Positions 13,690 through 25,450 of a stretch of 64,000 bases of DNA are shown piece by piece. The notes under the pieces are model-generated. The model did not search any database and was not told where the DNA came from. It worked only from the letters and a program-made list of their open reading frames with translations. The DNA is from Squalus acanthias (lineage: Eukaryota): NCBI GenBank assembly GCA_030390025.1, contig CM059438.1, positions 61,258,001-61,322,000 of the forward strand. The letters run 5' to 3'. Each line of letters begins with the position of its first letter. Position 1 is the first letter of the stretch. The position numbers and the translations under genes are program-made.

Positions 13690-13781
13690 TGCCAACATGG
13701 TTCAGTGGCAGCACCCTCATCAGAAGGTTATGAGTTTAAGCTCCTCTCCAGGACCTGAGCACATCATTTAGGATGACACTT
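13690..13781 (+). mobile_element. SINE 5' head fragment
   Basis: TGGTTCAGTGG...GAGTTTAAGCTCC resembles the other SINE heads in the window. Confidence 0.55.
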
Positions 13782-14785
13782 CATAGAATCATACAGAAGG
13801 AGGCCATTCAGCCCATCGTACCTGAACCTGCTCTTTGTAAAAGCTCGCCAATTAGTCCCACTCCCCCTGCTCTTTCCCCACAGCCCTGCAAATCTTTCCT
13901 TTTCAAGCATATATCCAATTCCCTTTTGAAACTTATTGGCCTAGAAATTCGCGTGGCCGGCTTGGGTAAGGATCGCACGCGCTCTTACCCACCGCGCCTG
14001 TCGTTGTGTTTTGGGCCCACAGGAACTTCGGGTCCCGGGCCTCTCCCAAGAGCCGGTGCACAGTGCTTGCGTGTTCCAGGGGCGCAGTTAGTGCGATGCA
14101 ACCCCTGGGATCATGTGGGCCATGGAGAGCCAATGGCAGCAGACCATCTTTCATTCATAGATTTGACAGGAGACCTGTCAAATCTGTGAATTGAAATCGG
14201 CCCCAAAAGAACAGCTAAACGTCAAATAATTTTTTTTAAAAAACCATCACATTTATAAAATAACTATAGTTAAATAAATTAACCACTTTAAACAAAAATT
14301 TAAATTTTTGAAAAAATTAAAATACTTTTTAAAAGTTATAAAAATAAACTTACCTTTCTTTAAAGTATCTAAAAAAGATAAACCTGTTGAAAAAGATTTA
14401 AAATTATACTTAATTAACTACTTACCTTGTTCAAAAGGAGTCTTACACCTCCTTTTTACTAGTGTAGAATCTTCAATACTTACCCTCGTGTTGAAACCTG
14501 AAAAAAAATCTAAGTGTGCTGCGTGCGCGCAGCCTCTAGCGCGCACGCGGTTCACCTAGGAACCGCCCCCTTCACCATACCGGAAGTGCCAGTTTCCCGC
14601 GCATGCGCAGTGCATGCAGGAAACCGGCACTTCGGGAATGAATACGGGTGAGTACGCACTGAGTACTCACCCGAGAATGGCCGAATTATTAAATCTGCTT
14701 CCACTGCCTATCAGGCAGTGCATTCCTGATCATAACAACTCACTGCATAAAAAAAATTCCCCTCAACTCCCCTCTTGTTCTTTTG
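13782..14785 (-). mobile_element. CR1 3'-end fragment interrupted by a MITE
   Basis: CATAGAATCATACAGAAGGAGGCCATTCAGCCC tail; continues AAATCTGCTTCCAC after 14690; ATT duplicated at both MITE junctions. Confidence 0.75.
13938..14687 (-). mobile_element. Harbinger-type MITE, 'splice-donor' family, copy 2
   Basis: Reverse complement of 12366-13130; GGCCTAGAAATTC terminus; other TIR truncated; flanked by ATT on both sides. Confidence 0.75.
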
Positions 14786-15021
14786 ACGCTTCACTGCATT
14801 ACTGCGAGAGTGCCGTCTTTCAGATTAGACGTTAAACTGAGGCCCTGTCTGCCCTCTCAGGTGGACATAAAAGATAGCGTGGCACTAATCAAAGAACAGG
14901 GGCATTCCCCTGGTGTGCTGGCCCTCAACCAACACCACCAAATGAGATTATCTGCTCATTTATCTCATTGCTGTTTGTGGGATCTTGCTGTGTGCAAATT
15001 GGCTGCCATGTTTGCCTATAT

Positions 15022-15752
15022 ACACCGGATGCACCGGAGCATGGTACATCGGCGAGACCATGCAGACACTGCGACAACGTATGAACAGACACCGCGCAGC
15101 AATTGCCAGGCAGGATTGTTACCTCCCAGTCGGGGAACACTTCAGCAGTCAAGGACATTCAGCCTCGGATCTGCGGGTAAGCGTTCTCCAAGGCAGCCTT
15201 CGAGACACACGACAACGCAAAATCATCAAGCAGAAACTGATAGCCAGGTTACGCACCCATGAGGACGGCCTCAACCGGGATCTGGGGTTCATGTCACGCT
15301 ACATGACGTAGAGTCATCCAGACTCGAGTCGTCGTTGGCTTGTTCACAGATGTGATTTCCAGTAAAAAAAGTAAAAAGTTTAAAGTTTATGGTTTTCCAT
15401 ACAGACTGCAGCATTTGACACATTAGACCCCCTGTGACCCCACCTCATTGTCTTAGCTGTATTTTGCTATGTCTTTGATATAATGTCTTCCTGACTGACC
15501 TGATTGTCTCTCTGCCGAGGTGTGATGAAAGGCAGTCAGAAAGATTAACTGTAGTCGTCTGACATTGTACGCTGCACAGGCATTGTTCTCTGTCTATATA
15601 TGCTTTGCCGATTCGTATTCCTTCACTTCACCTGACGAAGGAGCAGCAGCTCCGAAAGCTTGTGATTTCAAATAAAACTGTTAGACTATAACCTGGTGTT
15701 GTGCGACTTCTCACTTTTGTCCACCCCAGTCCAACACCGGCATCTCCGTATC
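15022..15752 (+). mobile_element. Penelope-like element fragment: GIY-YIG endonuclease plus terminal repeat
   Basis: CTGAWYIGETMQTLRQRMNRH...PVGEHF...GH...QKLIARLRTHEDGLNRDLG; terminal segment 15625-15748 matches 61525-61722. Confidence 0.88.
15628..15665 (+). ncRNA. Minimal type-I hammerhead ribozyme motif (second Penelope family)
   Basis: TCAC-CTGACGA-A-GGAGC-AGCA-GCTCC-GAAA-GC-TT-GTGA: stem I TCAC/GTGA, stem II GGAGC/GCTCC, palindromic stem III AGCT. Confidence 0.7.
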
Positions 15753-15793
15753 ATGCCTATATAACAAGAGTGATTACACTTCCAAAGTACTTA

Positions 15794-16554
15794 GGGGGAG
15801 AAATTCGGTCTAGCCCCATGTGGGGCGCTAAAACTTTAAAAGATGAAAAATTAGCCCCAGGCGCTAATCATTCTCGCCTCCCGCGAAATTCAGTTTCAGC
15901 GCTCCAAGAGGGAAGTGGAGCACTAAATCAAGTGCTAAACATTTCTCTCAGGGCACTAAAGTCCGAGAGCGGGGCGGTAGCGGCAGAGCGCTGAACAATT
16001 TCAAGCTCATTGTAAACGGCGCTCTTTCATCACAGAGGCTGCTTCCGTCGCTTACAGGGAAGGGCCGATGATGCTGCACTAGCTAGCTGTCGTCAGTTCT
16101 GTTTTGCAAGGCGACCTGGGCGACTGCCATTACAGCCCCAAACACTCCCACAAAGTGGAGGGCTTGGACATCCTGCACCAATGAAACATTAAAAACTTTG
16201 CTCAGGCGCCAGACTGGTGCAAATAATAAAGGGTGCGCTAGCTGAAAAGCATTCCCTTTAATTACCGCTCCCGAAGCGACCAGCCGAGTTCACAACCCCT
16301 CCTCTTGCTGGCGTTGTCGGCGCGAGGCGATTAAAGCAGGGGGCGCGAGTGACTTTTCCATCCGGGGCGCTGCACACTTTATGGCTTCACGATCTGTGAG
16401 GCCCAGGCGCTAAGAGTTACCGCCAGCGCTAAACCGGCATTGACGTTTGCGGCCGTCGCTGCATTCGCCGCGCCCGGGCGCTAACCCCTTAGCGTCCCGT
16501 TAGCGCCCCCACCAGGTGCTAACGGGAGGTGCTAACCAACCGAATTTCTAGCCC
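15794..16554. mobile_element. Non-autonomous Harbinger-type MITE
   Basis: TIRs GGGGGAGAAATTCGG / CCGAATTTCTAGCCC; perfect TSD TTA (15791-15793, 16555-16557). Confidence 0.88.
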
Positions 16555-17329
16555 TTAATTTGCTAGGGATGATTTTGGGATGTCCTGAGGATCTGAAAGG
16601 TCTCACAGACAAGTGGCTGGGGAGGGGGAGCGAGGGGGTTCATGGAGATACAACACCTACCATAATAGTTTTAAGTCAATGTTCAAAATATCACAACGGT
16701 GAAGTAGGCAGGTGCTACCAATAAATGAGTCACTTTTCTTAATTACAGATGTGAGAACAGCAATTGGTTCCTTGTTTTTAGCATGTGAAGAGACTCACTG
16801 TGACAACTAATGTCTGCAACAATTTCCACACAGTAAGGATTACCTAATGTATATCATCTTTCCACCATCTGGGGCCAGTCCTTGGCGTTAGATGAATAGC
16901 GGCCTTGAAAAATCCAAATAAGTGACCTCACTCATCCTTAACAAAATGGCCCAACTCGAAGACATTTTTGGTGGGTGTGTAATGGAAGTCACCTGGCTGG
17001 CTGCAATTACAAATCTGATCTCGCTGCTTGCTTCTAGTGTGGCCCTGTCGAACGCAGCAACCGAACCAATGTAAGCACAAGTAACAGGTGGCCTCAAATC
17101 GATGGACGTGGGAGTGGGACACCCGTTGTTGGTGTGAAACACTCCCCGGTCAGGCACGGCGTGGATAGCCGCAGAGTAAAGGCTCCCTCTGTACCGCCAA
17201 CAAAGTGCCTCACCTCTGATATACGTCAGGGGAGCAACCCGTGCTGCACCAATGTCACGTTTCCCATTCACCACACTGATTATCCCGTGGCCTCTCCGCG
17301 TCAGAATGCCAACTTAGCAACCTCCGTAA

Positions 17330-17848
17330 ACTTGAGCTCATCCAAGACTCTGCTGCCCCGTGTCCTAACTCGCTCCAAGTCCCGTTCACCCATCACCCCT
17401 GTGCTCACTGACCTACATTGGCTCCCGGAGCAGCAATGCCTCGAATTTAGAATTCTCAGCGTTTGTTTTCAAATCCCTCCATGGGCTCGCCCCTCCCTAT
17501 CTCTGTAACCTCCTCCAACCCGACAACACTCCGAGATCTTTGCACTCCTCCAATTCTGCACTCTTGCGCATCCCTGATTTTCAGCGTCCACCATTGGTGG
17601 CAGTGCCTTCAACTGCCTAGGCCCAAAGCTCTGGAATTTCCTCCATAGCCCTCTCCTCCTCTCTACCTCGCTCTCATCCTTTAAGACACTCCTTAGAACC
17701 TACCTCTTTGCCCAAGCTTTTGGTCACCTGTCCTAATGGCTCCTTATGTGGCTTGGTGTCAAATTTTGTTTGATAATCGCTCCTGTGAAGCACCTTGGGA
17801 GGTTTTACTGCGTTAAAGGCGCTATATAAATGCAAGTTGTTGTTGTTA
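17330..17848 (+). mobile_element. L2 LINE 3' end
   Basis: ITPVLTDLHWLP motif; tail AAAGGCGCTATATAAATGCAAGTTGTTGTTG. Confidence 0.88.
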
Positions 17849-18169
17849 GTGCAAGATCAGGGAGAGTTATATCCTATGGACCCGCAGCAGCTAGGAAATG
17901 ATTTAAGATTTACAGCTAACAGATTGTGTTGAGTTGTTTGTCCCAGCCACGCTCGATTCTATTCCAAGCCCTGGAAGAGGGAGCCAGGTCCAGCAACCCC
18001 ACCATTTTTCTCGCCAGCAGAAGAAGCTGGTGAAAAGGTCGAACGTTGTTTTGATATTTTGCGTGGTGCGTGTGGAAACATCCTTATTCTTCAATTGAAA
18101 ATGGATTCAAAATAAACCTTCAGAGGCACCAGATTTTTTACACCTAAATTGGGTTCTAGACTCAATCTC

Positions 18170-18440
18170 TGTTCTATGTGGAGAATAGCAGAGCCTGTAT
18201 ATATTACAGAGAAGAACACAAACAGTGTATTAGAAAGTAGCAGTCTGTACAGATACAACATTACAGAGAATAGTAGTGTGTGTACATATAGATTGCAGAG
18301 AATAGCTATTGGAGAATAGCAGACTTTGTATATCAAGTAGCATACATAGAAAAGCAGAGTCTTTATATATAACAGTAAGTAGCAGACTGTATAGTGTAGG
18401 GCATTGCAGTGTCTTTATTTACAGTATATTACAAAGCATG
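18170..18440. repeat. Degenerate ~30-bp tandem repeat (AGAATAGCAGAGCCTGTATATATTAC-like), resuming at 19012-19062
   Basis: Recurring GAATAGCAG...TGTATATA words. Confidence 0.5.
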
Positions 18441-18442
18441 CT

Positions 18443-19010
18443 GGGGTAGAAATTGGACCGTGTTCTGCAAGTTTTACGGGCGTAAATAAGGTGCAACAAG
18501 GTCTGATTTTGGGGCCCAGAATCCTGCAACCCAAGGACGCCTGAAAAAACGGCCAGCCTGAAATGCCATTTTAGTTCGGCCCCTTTGCAAATTCCAATGA
18601 GGGGCTTGATGCCCATTCCAGGACCCCTCTGCTAAATTGGGCATCAGATTTTCTAGACATGGATGCGACCCAGCCAGCTGTGGAGTGGGAGTGCTCCTCT
18701 GAGCCCCACAGCACTTCTGCTGGCCATGATCAGGCCTCCTCCTACTGTCCTTATCCTGCTGCCCCCTACCCCCACCCCCTCCCTACCCCCCCCACCCGCC
18801 TCCAGCACTTATCACAGGGCTGCTGCCAGTGAGGCAGCGGGCCCACAATTTAATTCTTCAGTCGGGCAGGCTGCCTGTAGAAATGTGGCAGGCGATTGTG
18901 TAGATGAGGCGCGAGGAGCAATTTAACGCAATCCTCGGGCCTCCATGTTCAGGATCGTTCCCTGCGCCCATTTGGCGCTTCAAAGGTGGCCTAAACTAAT
19001 TTTTAGGTCC
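18443..19010. mobile_element. Old Harbinger-type MITE
   Basis: Imperfect TIRs GGGGTAGAAATTGG / CTAATTTTTAGGTCC; interrupts the degenerate tandem repeat. Confidence 0.5.
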
Positions 19011-19064
19011 TAATCTCTGTACATACAGAACAGTACATGGAATAGCAGATCCTGTATATATTAG

Positions 19065-20208
19065 GGGGGGAAAATTCGTCCCCTTAGCGCCGCCCGTTAG
19101 CACCAGTAGATGGCGCTAATACGGCATTGAGACCAGTACCGACACGGCAAGGCGAATACAGCACCACACGTCAAATCGGGACCCCCTTAACGCCCGATTT
19201 CCCAAATTGCTTTTAGCCACTTACCTCACCACCTGGAGTAAACACCGACAGGGAGAGCTGGCGTGCAGCATCAGGAAGCCAGCTGCAGGGATGTTATTTA
19301 AAGGGATCATCAGTAATCACTCGCACCTATCAGGTTAGTGCAGTTTCAGTGTTTTTTTGTTAGTTTCAGCTACTACAACAGTTTCATTGAGTAATTTCAA
19401 GGTTCTTTAGTATCAGGAGTCTTGTGGCAAGTACAAAGTAGCTACATTTATTCTTCAAAGATTCAAACTGCAACACTTGGTAAGATTAATGGGGGCGGTA
19501 CTGGTATGCTACCTCGCCCTCCAGGATCTACAGCAGAGGGAGCGTAGGTAGCGAGAAAGATGGGAACATATGTGCAGAGGGAGGAAGATGAGGAGGAAGA
19601 AGACGATGAGGAAGAAGACGAGGAACAGGAGGGAGGGATGGAGGATGTAGCCGGACAATCGGGCTTCCGGACGGGCGGTCCGTAATGTGGTGTGCCACCT
19701 CCCTCCACATAGTGCGGCAGACTAGTGGCGCGGGCCTCATGCCAGTTGGTGGGTACAGGACTGCCCGCGTTCCCTCCAGCGCTAAAACCAATGCCTCCAA
19801 AGGTTCATGGGAAAAACCTGCAGGCTCTCTCCCTGGGGCAGCGATCTGCCATGAAGATTTGTAAATAAGTGCTCCTTCTCCTTGTCCTCCTTCTTATGGT
19901 TGTTGAGGCAGCTGCACAGCCAACAATGCTGAGAATGAGGTGCTGCAGCATCAATGAACCTCCCCTTTAAGTAGTGAAAAAAGCCTGTGGCAATCATGAG
20001 TTCCGATTAGACTGCTCTCAATATTGGTCCAGCCTTTAAGTGTAACGCCAATGAGCTTGGGTTTTTAAACTTGATTTAAGACTCCAATCATTTTATTGAG
20101 CAGTGAGGACGAGTTTTGCGTGCAGTCTAGAGGATTTTTGCCTGGCACTAATTCACCATGTTTTGTCCTAACACCACCCATTCCTTGGCTATAATGAATT
20201 TCTAGCCC
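19065..20208 (-). mobile_element. Harbinger internal-deletion derivative related to 36458-39582
   Basis: TIRs GGGGGGAAAATTCGT / ATGAATTTCTAGCCC; TSD TAG; retains a Myb exon-1 remnant EALVLALEGTRAVLYP...MWREVAHHI; both arms match 36458-39582 in reverse. Confidence 0.88.
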
Positions 20209-21361
20209 TAGGACTTGGGAGACTCGGGGTAATTTTCAACTTGCTGCTAAAGCGTAAAAGTGGGTCTGGAGCCTGTTACAGAAACTGCCCGATTATTCCA
20301 ACCATTGAAGTCAATGGAGGAGAGGAGACTGGTAGGGGAGTAACATTGAGTGGCGTAAGGAACCAAGAGGGTCACTTAGTGGAATGAAGGAAGTGAGAAA
20401 GGATGTCAGAATATGGGTGAGAGAGGTAGGAGTAGAGGGGGAAATTAAAAAGGCCAGGAGATGCCTCGGATCTTGGATACTTGGATCCAGAGTGGCAGCC
20501 AATAGGAGTTAAACAGGAGTTGAGGGCAGGAATCCTGGGATTTTCCCTAACACAGCTCATTGGCACAAAGCAATTCCTATTCACAGGAATTCCAACAGTG
20601 TATCAGAAGGTTGTGTTGCTGATCAGGGAAATGCTGAGTTCAAGCATCAGTTGACTTCACTCCACAACATAAGGGGTCCTGAGATGTTTGCCCCAGAAGG
20701 TGGTCAGGTTGACAGCTTGGAAACAATAGGGGAGCAGAGAAAAGGATGGAGAGAGGAGAAGAAAAGGTGGTGGGGCGGGGGTGGGTGTGAATGATCATAA
20801 TATAATTTAGTTCCATGTTAAAAGAAGGAATAAAAACAGAGGTAAAAACAAAATTGAGTGATGGAGAAGAACAAACTAAAGAGGATGTATCCTTGATAAA
20901 TTGGTGAGAAAAGTTGCACAGTGGAGCAAAAGTGAGGAATATTTAAATGTGAGTTTAGGAACATTCCAATGAGAGTAAGAGGCTGTGCCTAGAGTCATGG
21001 TTCCATGGATGAACAATCAGACTTGGCTGAAAAGAAGCATACACCAAATCTAATACATATGGTTTTTGAGATGTAGCATTGAGCGAGGGGACCGAGCCAC
21101 TACTGAGCAGACACAGACTGTGTGATTTGTTCAGTTAAATGTCTGACAGCCAATTATTTTTGAAAGCAGTTCAATCAGTTATGAAAATCCAAAGAGGCTA
21201 CAACAACTGGTGAATAGATCTGAAAATGACTGGACCTGTTCATTGAGGGAGTTAGTAGGAGATAGTCCAACAGATTAGAATCTTCACAGGAGAAGCTAAG
21301 TTCTAATAGCTGGCCCCCCCCAAGTCAGTAAAGGTTACATGAAAGAGAAGGACTATGCATA

Positions 21362-21515
21362 TATTTTTTTTATTCATTCTCGGGATATTCTCGCTAGCAA
21401 GGCCAGCATTTATTGCCCATCCCTTGTTGCCTTTGAGAAGGTGGTGGTGAGCCTTCTTCTTCAACCGCTATAGTCCATGTGGTGAAGAGGCTCACAGTGA
21501 TGTTCAGTAGGGAAA
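21362..21515 (-). mobile_element. LINE 3' end, same family as 26985-27788
   Basis: GCCAGCATTTATTGCCCATCCC...GAGAAGGTGGTGGTGAGCC shared with 27028-27080. Confidence 0.75.
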
Positions 21516-22637
21516 AGTTGTGATACTTTATAAAAGTATCTATAAGAGATTAGCTTTTCATTAGTTGGTGACTCTTACTTTTTTCCACTTGAAATATAGA
21601 CATTTTTACTTCAAATATATAACTGTATTATATCACTTATATAATTATTATACAATTAGATAATTGTACAAATTATTCATTTGTTCATTGTTCAATGAAT
21701 TCTCTTAATATTTTAAAACTTAAAGCAAGGTCTGATTGATGTTCTACTGCCTTTGCAAACTGCAAGGAGATCCTGCGGAGGTCCAAGATAAATTTCAGTC
21801 GCTGAAGAATAATTAGCAGATGGGGTTTGCTGTTTGTTATCCTGGACATGTTACTGAAAGCTTCCCTAGATCTCGGGATAGGATCGACACTCTTGCAGCT
21901 TTGGGACTCACCTGTGTAAGTGATCTAAGATACGGGAGTTGAAATAATTTAGAGAGAGGACAGAAAAGACCCCAAAAACCTGGAATGTTCTTCTGGGCAG
22001 TGCAGCGGAAGCTAAAACTCTGAAGCCATCCGTTATACACAGTGATGGGGGAACAGTGGGCGCCTGAAGGAGGGTGAGTTAGATGGGCTGAATGTCTGCC
22101 CTCAGCTCTACTTACCTTTCTGAGTAGCACATGTTGTCTATGTCACAGAGGAATGTGGCCCCGAATTTAACTCCAGGTGGATTCCCCACTCAGGCCTGAG
22201 TTAAAATTATAGTCGGGTGTCAGTGATGTCATCGGGCCGCAACATGCCTATGTAAAGAAGGACCCCGTTGGCTCCGGGCGCGTGTCCTTGCTGCCTGCTC
22301 AGGAGAGCAGGTTAAAATTGCAGATGTTGCGATCATGGCGGCTTTTGGACAGGTAAGAGCCAAGGCGAGTTTAACTGCCCACCTGCCAGGTTTCTGCTGA
22401 GCGAATCACACCGTCATTTAATTTACACTATAGAAAGAGGCCCATTGCCAATGCTAGCTCCTTAACTGGAGCTGCCTGCTCTGAGCCCATTTCCCTGTCT
22501 TTTCCCCATATCCTTTTATATCCTTCCTTTACAAATACTTATCCAATTCACTTTTAAATGATGTTATAGTCTCTGCCTCAATTATCACCTGTGGTGAAGC
22601 ATTTCATGTTCTAATAACCCTTTCTGCAAAATAAGTT

Positions 22638-24322
22638 ACATAGAAGATAGGAGCAGGAGTAGGCCATTCGGCCCCTCGAGCCTGCTCCGCCATTCAATGC
22701 GATCATGGCTGATCATCCAAATTCAGTACCCTGTCCCTGCTTTCTCCCCATATCCCTTGATCCCCTTAGCCTTAAGAAATATATCTAACTCCTTCTTGCA
22801 TATATTTAATGAATTGGACTCAACTGTCTACTGTGGTAGAGAATTCCACAGGTTCACCATTCTCTGGGTGAAGAAATTGCTCCTCATCTCAGTCCTAAAT
22901 GGCTTACCCCTTATCCTTAGACTGTGGCCCCTGGTTCTGGACTCCCCCGCCATCAGGAACATCCTTCCTGCATCTAGTCTGTCTAGTCCTGTTAGAATTT
23001 TATAAGTTTCAATGAGATCCCCTCTCATTCTTCTAAACTCCAGCGAATATAAGCCCAATCGACCCAATCTCTCTTCATACGTCATTCCTGCCATCCCAGG
23101 TATCAGTCTGGTGAATCTTTGCTGCACTCCCTCCATGGCAAGAACATCCTTCCTCAGATAAGGCGACCAAAACTGCACACAATACTCAAGGTGTGGTCTC
23201 ACCAAGGCCCTGTACAACTGCAGCAATACATCCTTGCTCCTGTACTCGAATCCTCTCGCTATGAAGGCCAACATACCATTTGCCTTCTTAACTGCCTGCT
23301 GCACCTGCATGCTTACCTTCAGCGACTGGTGCACAAGGACACCCAGGTCTCGTTGCACTTCCCCTTTTCCCAATCTATTGCTGGTCAGATAATAATCTGC
23401 CTTCCTGTTTTTGCCACCAAAGTGGATAACCTCGCATTTATCCACATTATACTGCATCTGCCATGCATCTGCCCAATCACCCAACCTGTCCAAATCATAC
23501 TGGAGTTTCTCTGCATCCTCCTCACAACACACACGCCCACCCAGCTTTCTGTCGTCTGCAAACTTGGAGATATTACATCTAGTTCCCTCGTCTAGATCAT
23601 TAATATATATTGTGAATAGCTGGGGTCCTAGCACCGATCCCTGCGGTACCCCACTAGTCACTGCCTGCCACTCAGAAAAAGACCCGTTTATTCCAACTCT
23701 TTGCTTTCTGTCTGCCAACCAGTTTTCTATCCAAGTCAGTACCTTACCCCCAATCGCATGTGCTTTAACTTTGCACACTAATCTCTTATGCGGGACCTTA
23801 TCGAAAGCCTTCTGAAAGTCCAAATACACCACATCCACTGGTTCTCCCTTATCTATTCTACCAGTTACATCCTCAAAAAATTCCAGTAGATTAGTCAAGC
23901 ATGATTTACCTTTTGTAAATCCATGTTGACTTTGTCCGATCCTGTCACTGTTTTCCAAGTGCTCTGCTATTACATCTTTTATAATGGTCTCTAGCATTTT
24001 CCCCGCTACCGATGTCAGGCTTACCGGTCTATAATTCCCCGTTTTCTCTCTACCACCTTTTTAAATAGTGGGGTTACATTAGCTACCCTCCAATCCATGG
24101 GAACTGTTCCAGATTCCATCGAATGTTGGAAGATGATCAGCAATGCATTTACTATTTCTAGGGCCACTTCCTTAAGTACCCTAGGATGTAGATTAAAGTC
24201 ACCCATGATAACTGCTGTGTCCTTATTGCACGCGTCTCTAATTTCCCATTTAATGCCATCCCCAACCTCAGCATTACTGTTTGGGGGTCTGTATACAACT
24301 CCCACTAACGTTCTTCTATGTT
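22638..24322 (-). mobile_element. CR1/HER1 LINE, RT domain with frameshift and internal deletion joining to an endonuclease fragment
   Basis: 389-aa ORF with QHGF, YLDFQKAFDKVPH, GVPQGSVLGP and FADD motifs; upstream GVVYRPP...MGDFN endonuclease motifs. Confidence 0.95.
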
Positions 24323-24327
24323 CATGA

Positions 24328-25450
24328 CTGTCAGCCATGTCTCAGTGGTAACACTCTCGCCTCTGAGTTCGAAGGTTGTGGGTTCAAGCCCCATTCCAGA
24401 GATGTGAGCACAAAATCTGGGCTGCACTGTCTTTCAGATGAGACGTTAAACCGAGTCCCTGTCTGCCCTCTCAGGTGAACGTAAAAGATCCCATGGCACT
24501 ATTTTGAAGAAGAGCAGGGGTGTTCCCCCCCCCCCCCTCCCCACCCCACCTGGGTGTCCTGGTGCGAGGGTAAGGCTTCCCCGCGATCTCTCACTGCGCG
24601 TTGGCTTTTTCAGTTCCAGCTCGCACGAACTTGATATTCTGGACAGCTGCTGTGCTGGGCTTGCGTATCCCACAGGCGTAGTTAATTCGTGCGAGCTGTG
24701 GGATCACGTGACTCAGTTAGAGCCAATGGCAGCACACCATCTTCCATTCATAACTTTCACATAAGTGCTGTGAAAGTTATGAATCTATACCCCCCCAAAA
24801 GAACAGCTAAACCTCAATTAAATTTAAAAAAAAAACCATCACATTAATAAAATAAGTATAGTTAAATAAATTAACCATTTTAAATAAAAAATTAAATTTT
24901 TGAAAAATTTTTAAATCTTTTAAAAAGTTATAAAAATAAACTTACCTGTCTTTAAAGTCTCTAAAAAAGATATACCTGTTAAAAAAAATTCAAAATAATA
25001 CTTAATTCACTACTTACCTTGTTAAAAGTGGGTCTTACTCCTCCTTTTTTTATGTGTAAAATTTTCCGTACTTACCTGCACGTTGAAACCACTAAGTGCA
25101 CAGCGTGCGCGCAGCCTGTAGCGCGCACGCGGTTCACCTAGGAACCGCCCCCTTTCCATTCACCAAGTGCCGGTTTTCAGCGCATGTGCAGTGCATGCAG
25201 AAAACCGGCAATTGGAGACAGAATATGCGAGAGTACGCAGTGCGTACTCTCGCGTAGCGGCACTAATTTTTGGGCCATTATCTGGTCATTACCACATTGC
25301 TGTTTGTGGGACCTTTCTGAGCGCAAATTGGCTGCCGCATTTCCTACATTACAACAGTGACTACACCACAAAAGTACTTCATTGGCTGCAAAACGGTTTG
25401 GGACGTTCTGAGATCATGAAAGGCGCTAAGTAAAGGCAAGTCTTTCTTTG
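24328..25450 (+). mobile_element. Deu-type SINE split by a MITE
   Basis: Head at 24328-24563; resumes ATTATCTGGTCATT at 25277 through the tail. Confidence 0.75.
24563..25276 (-). mobile_element. Harbinger-type MITE, 'splice-donor' family, copy 3
   Basis: Collinear with 13938-14687; terminus AATTTTTGGGCC. Confidence 0.75.

Larger units (their letters stand above)
14790..16610 (+). mobile_element. Deu-type SINE fragmented by Penelope (15022-15752) and MITE (15794-16554) insertions
   Basis: SINE body at 14790-15021, 15753-15793 and 16555-16610 is collinear with 55022-55500. Confidence 0.7.

Noticed and set aside
16888..17274. 128-aa minus-strand ORF
   Set aside because: No known motif; overlaps probable old repeat sequence
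20310..21350. Purine-rich stretch that might be an LTR/gag relic
   Set aside because: No long frame or diagnostic motif
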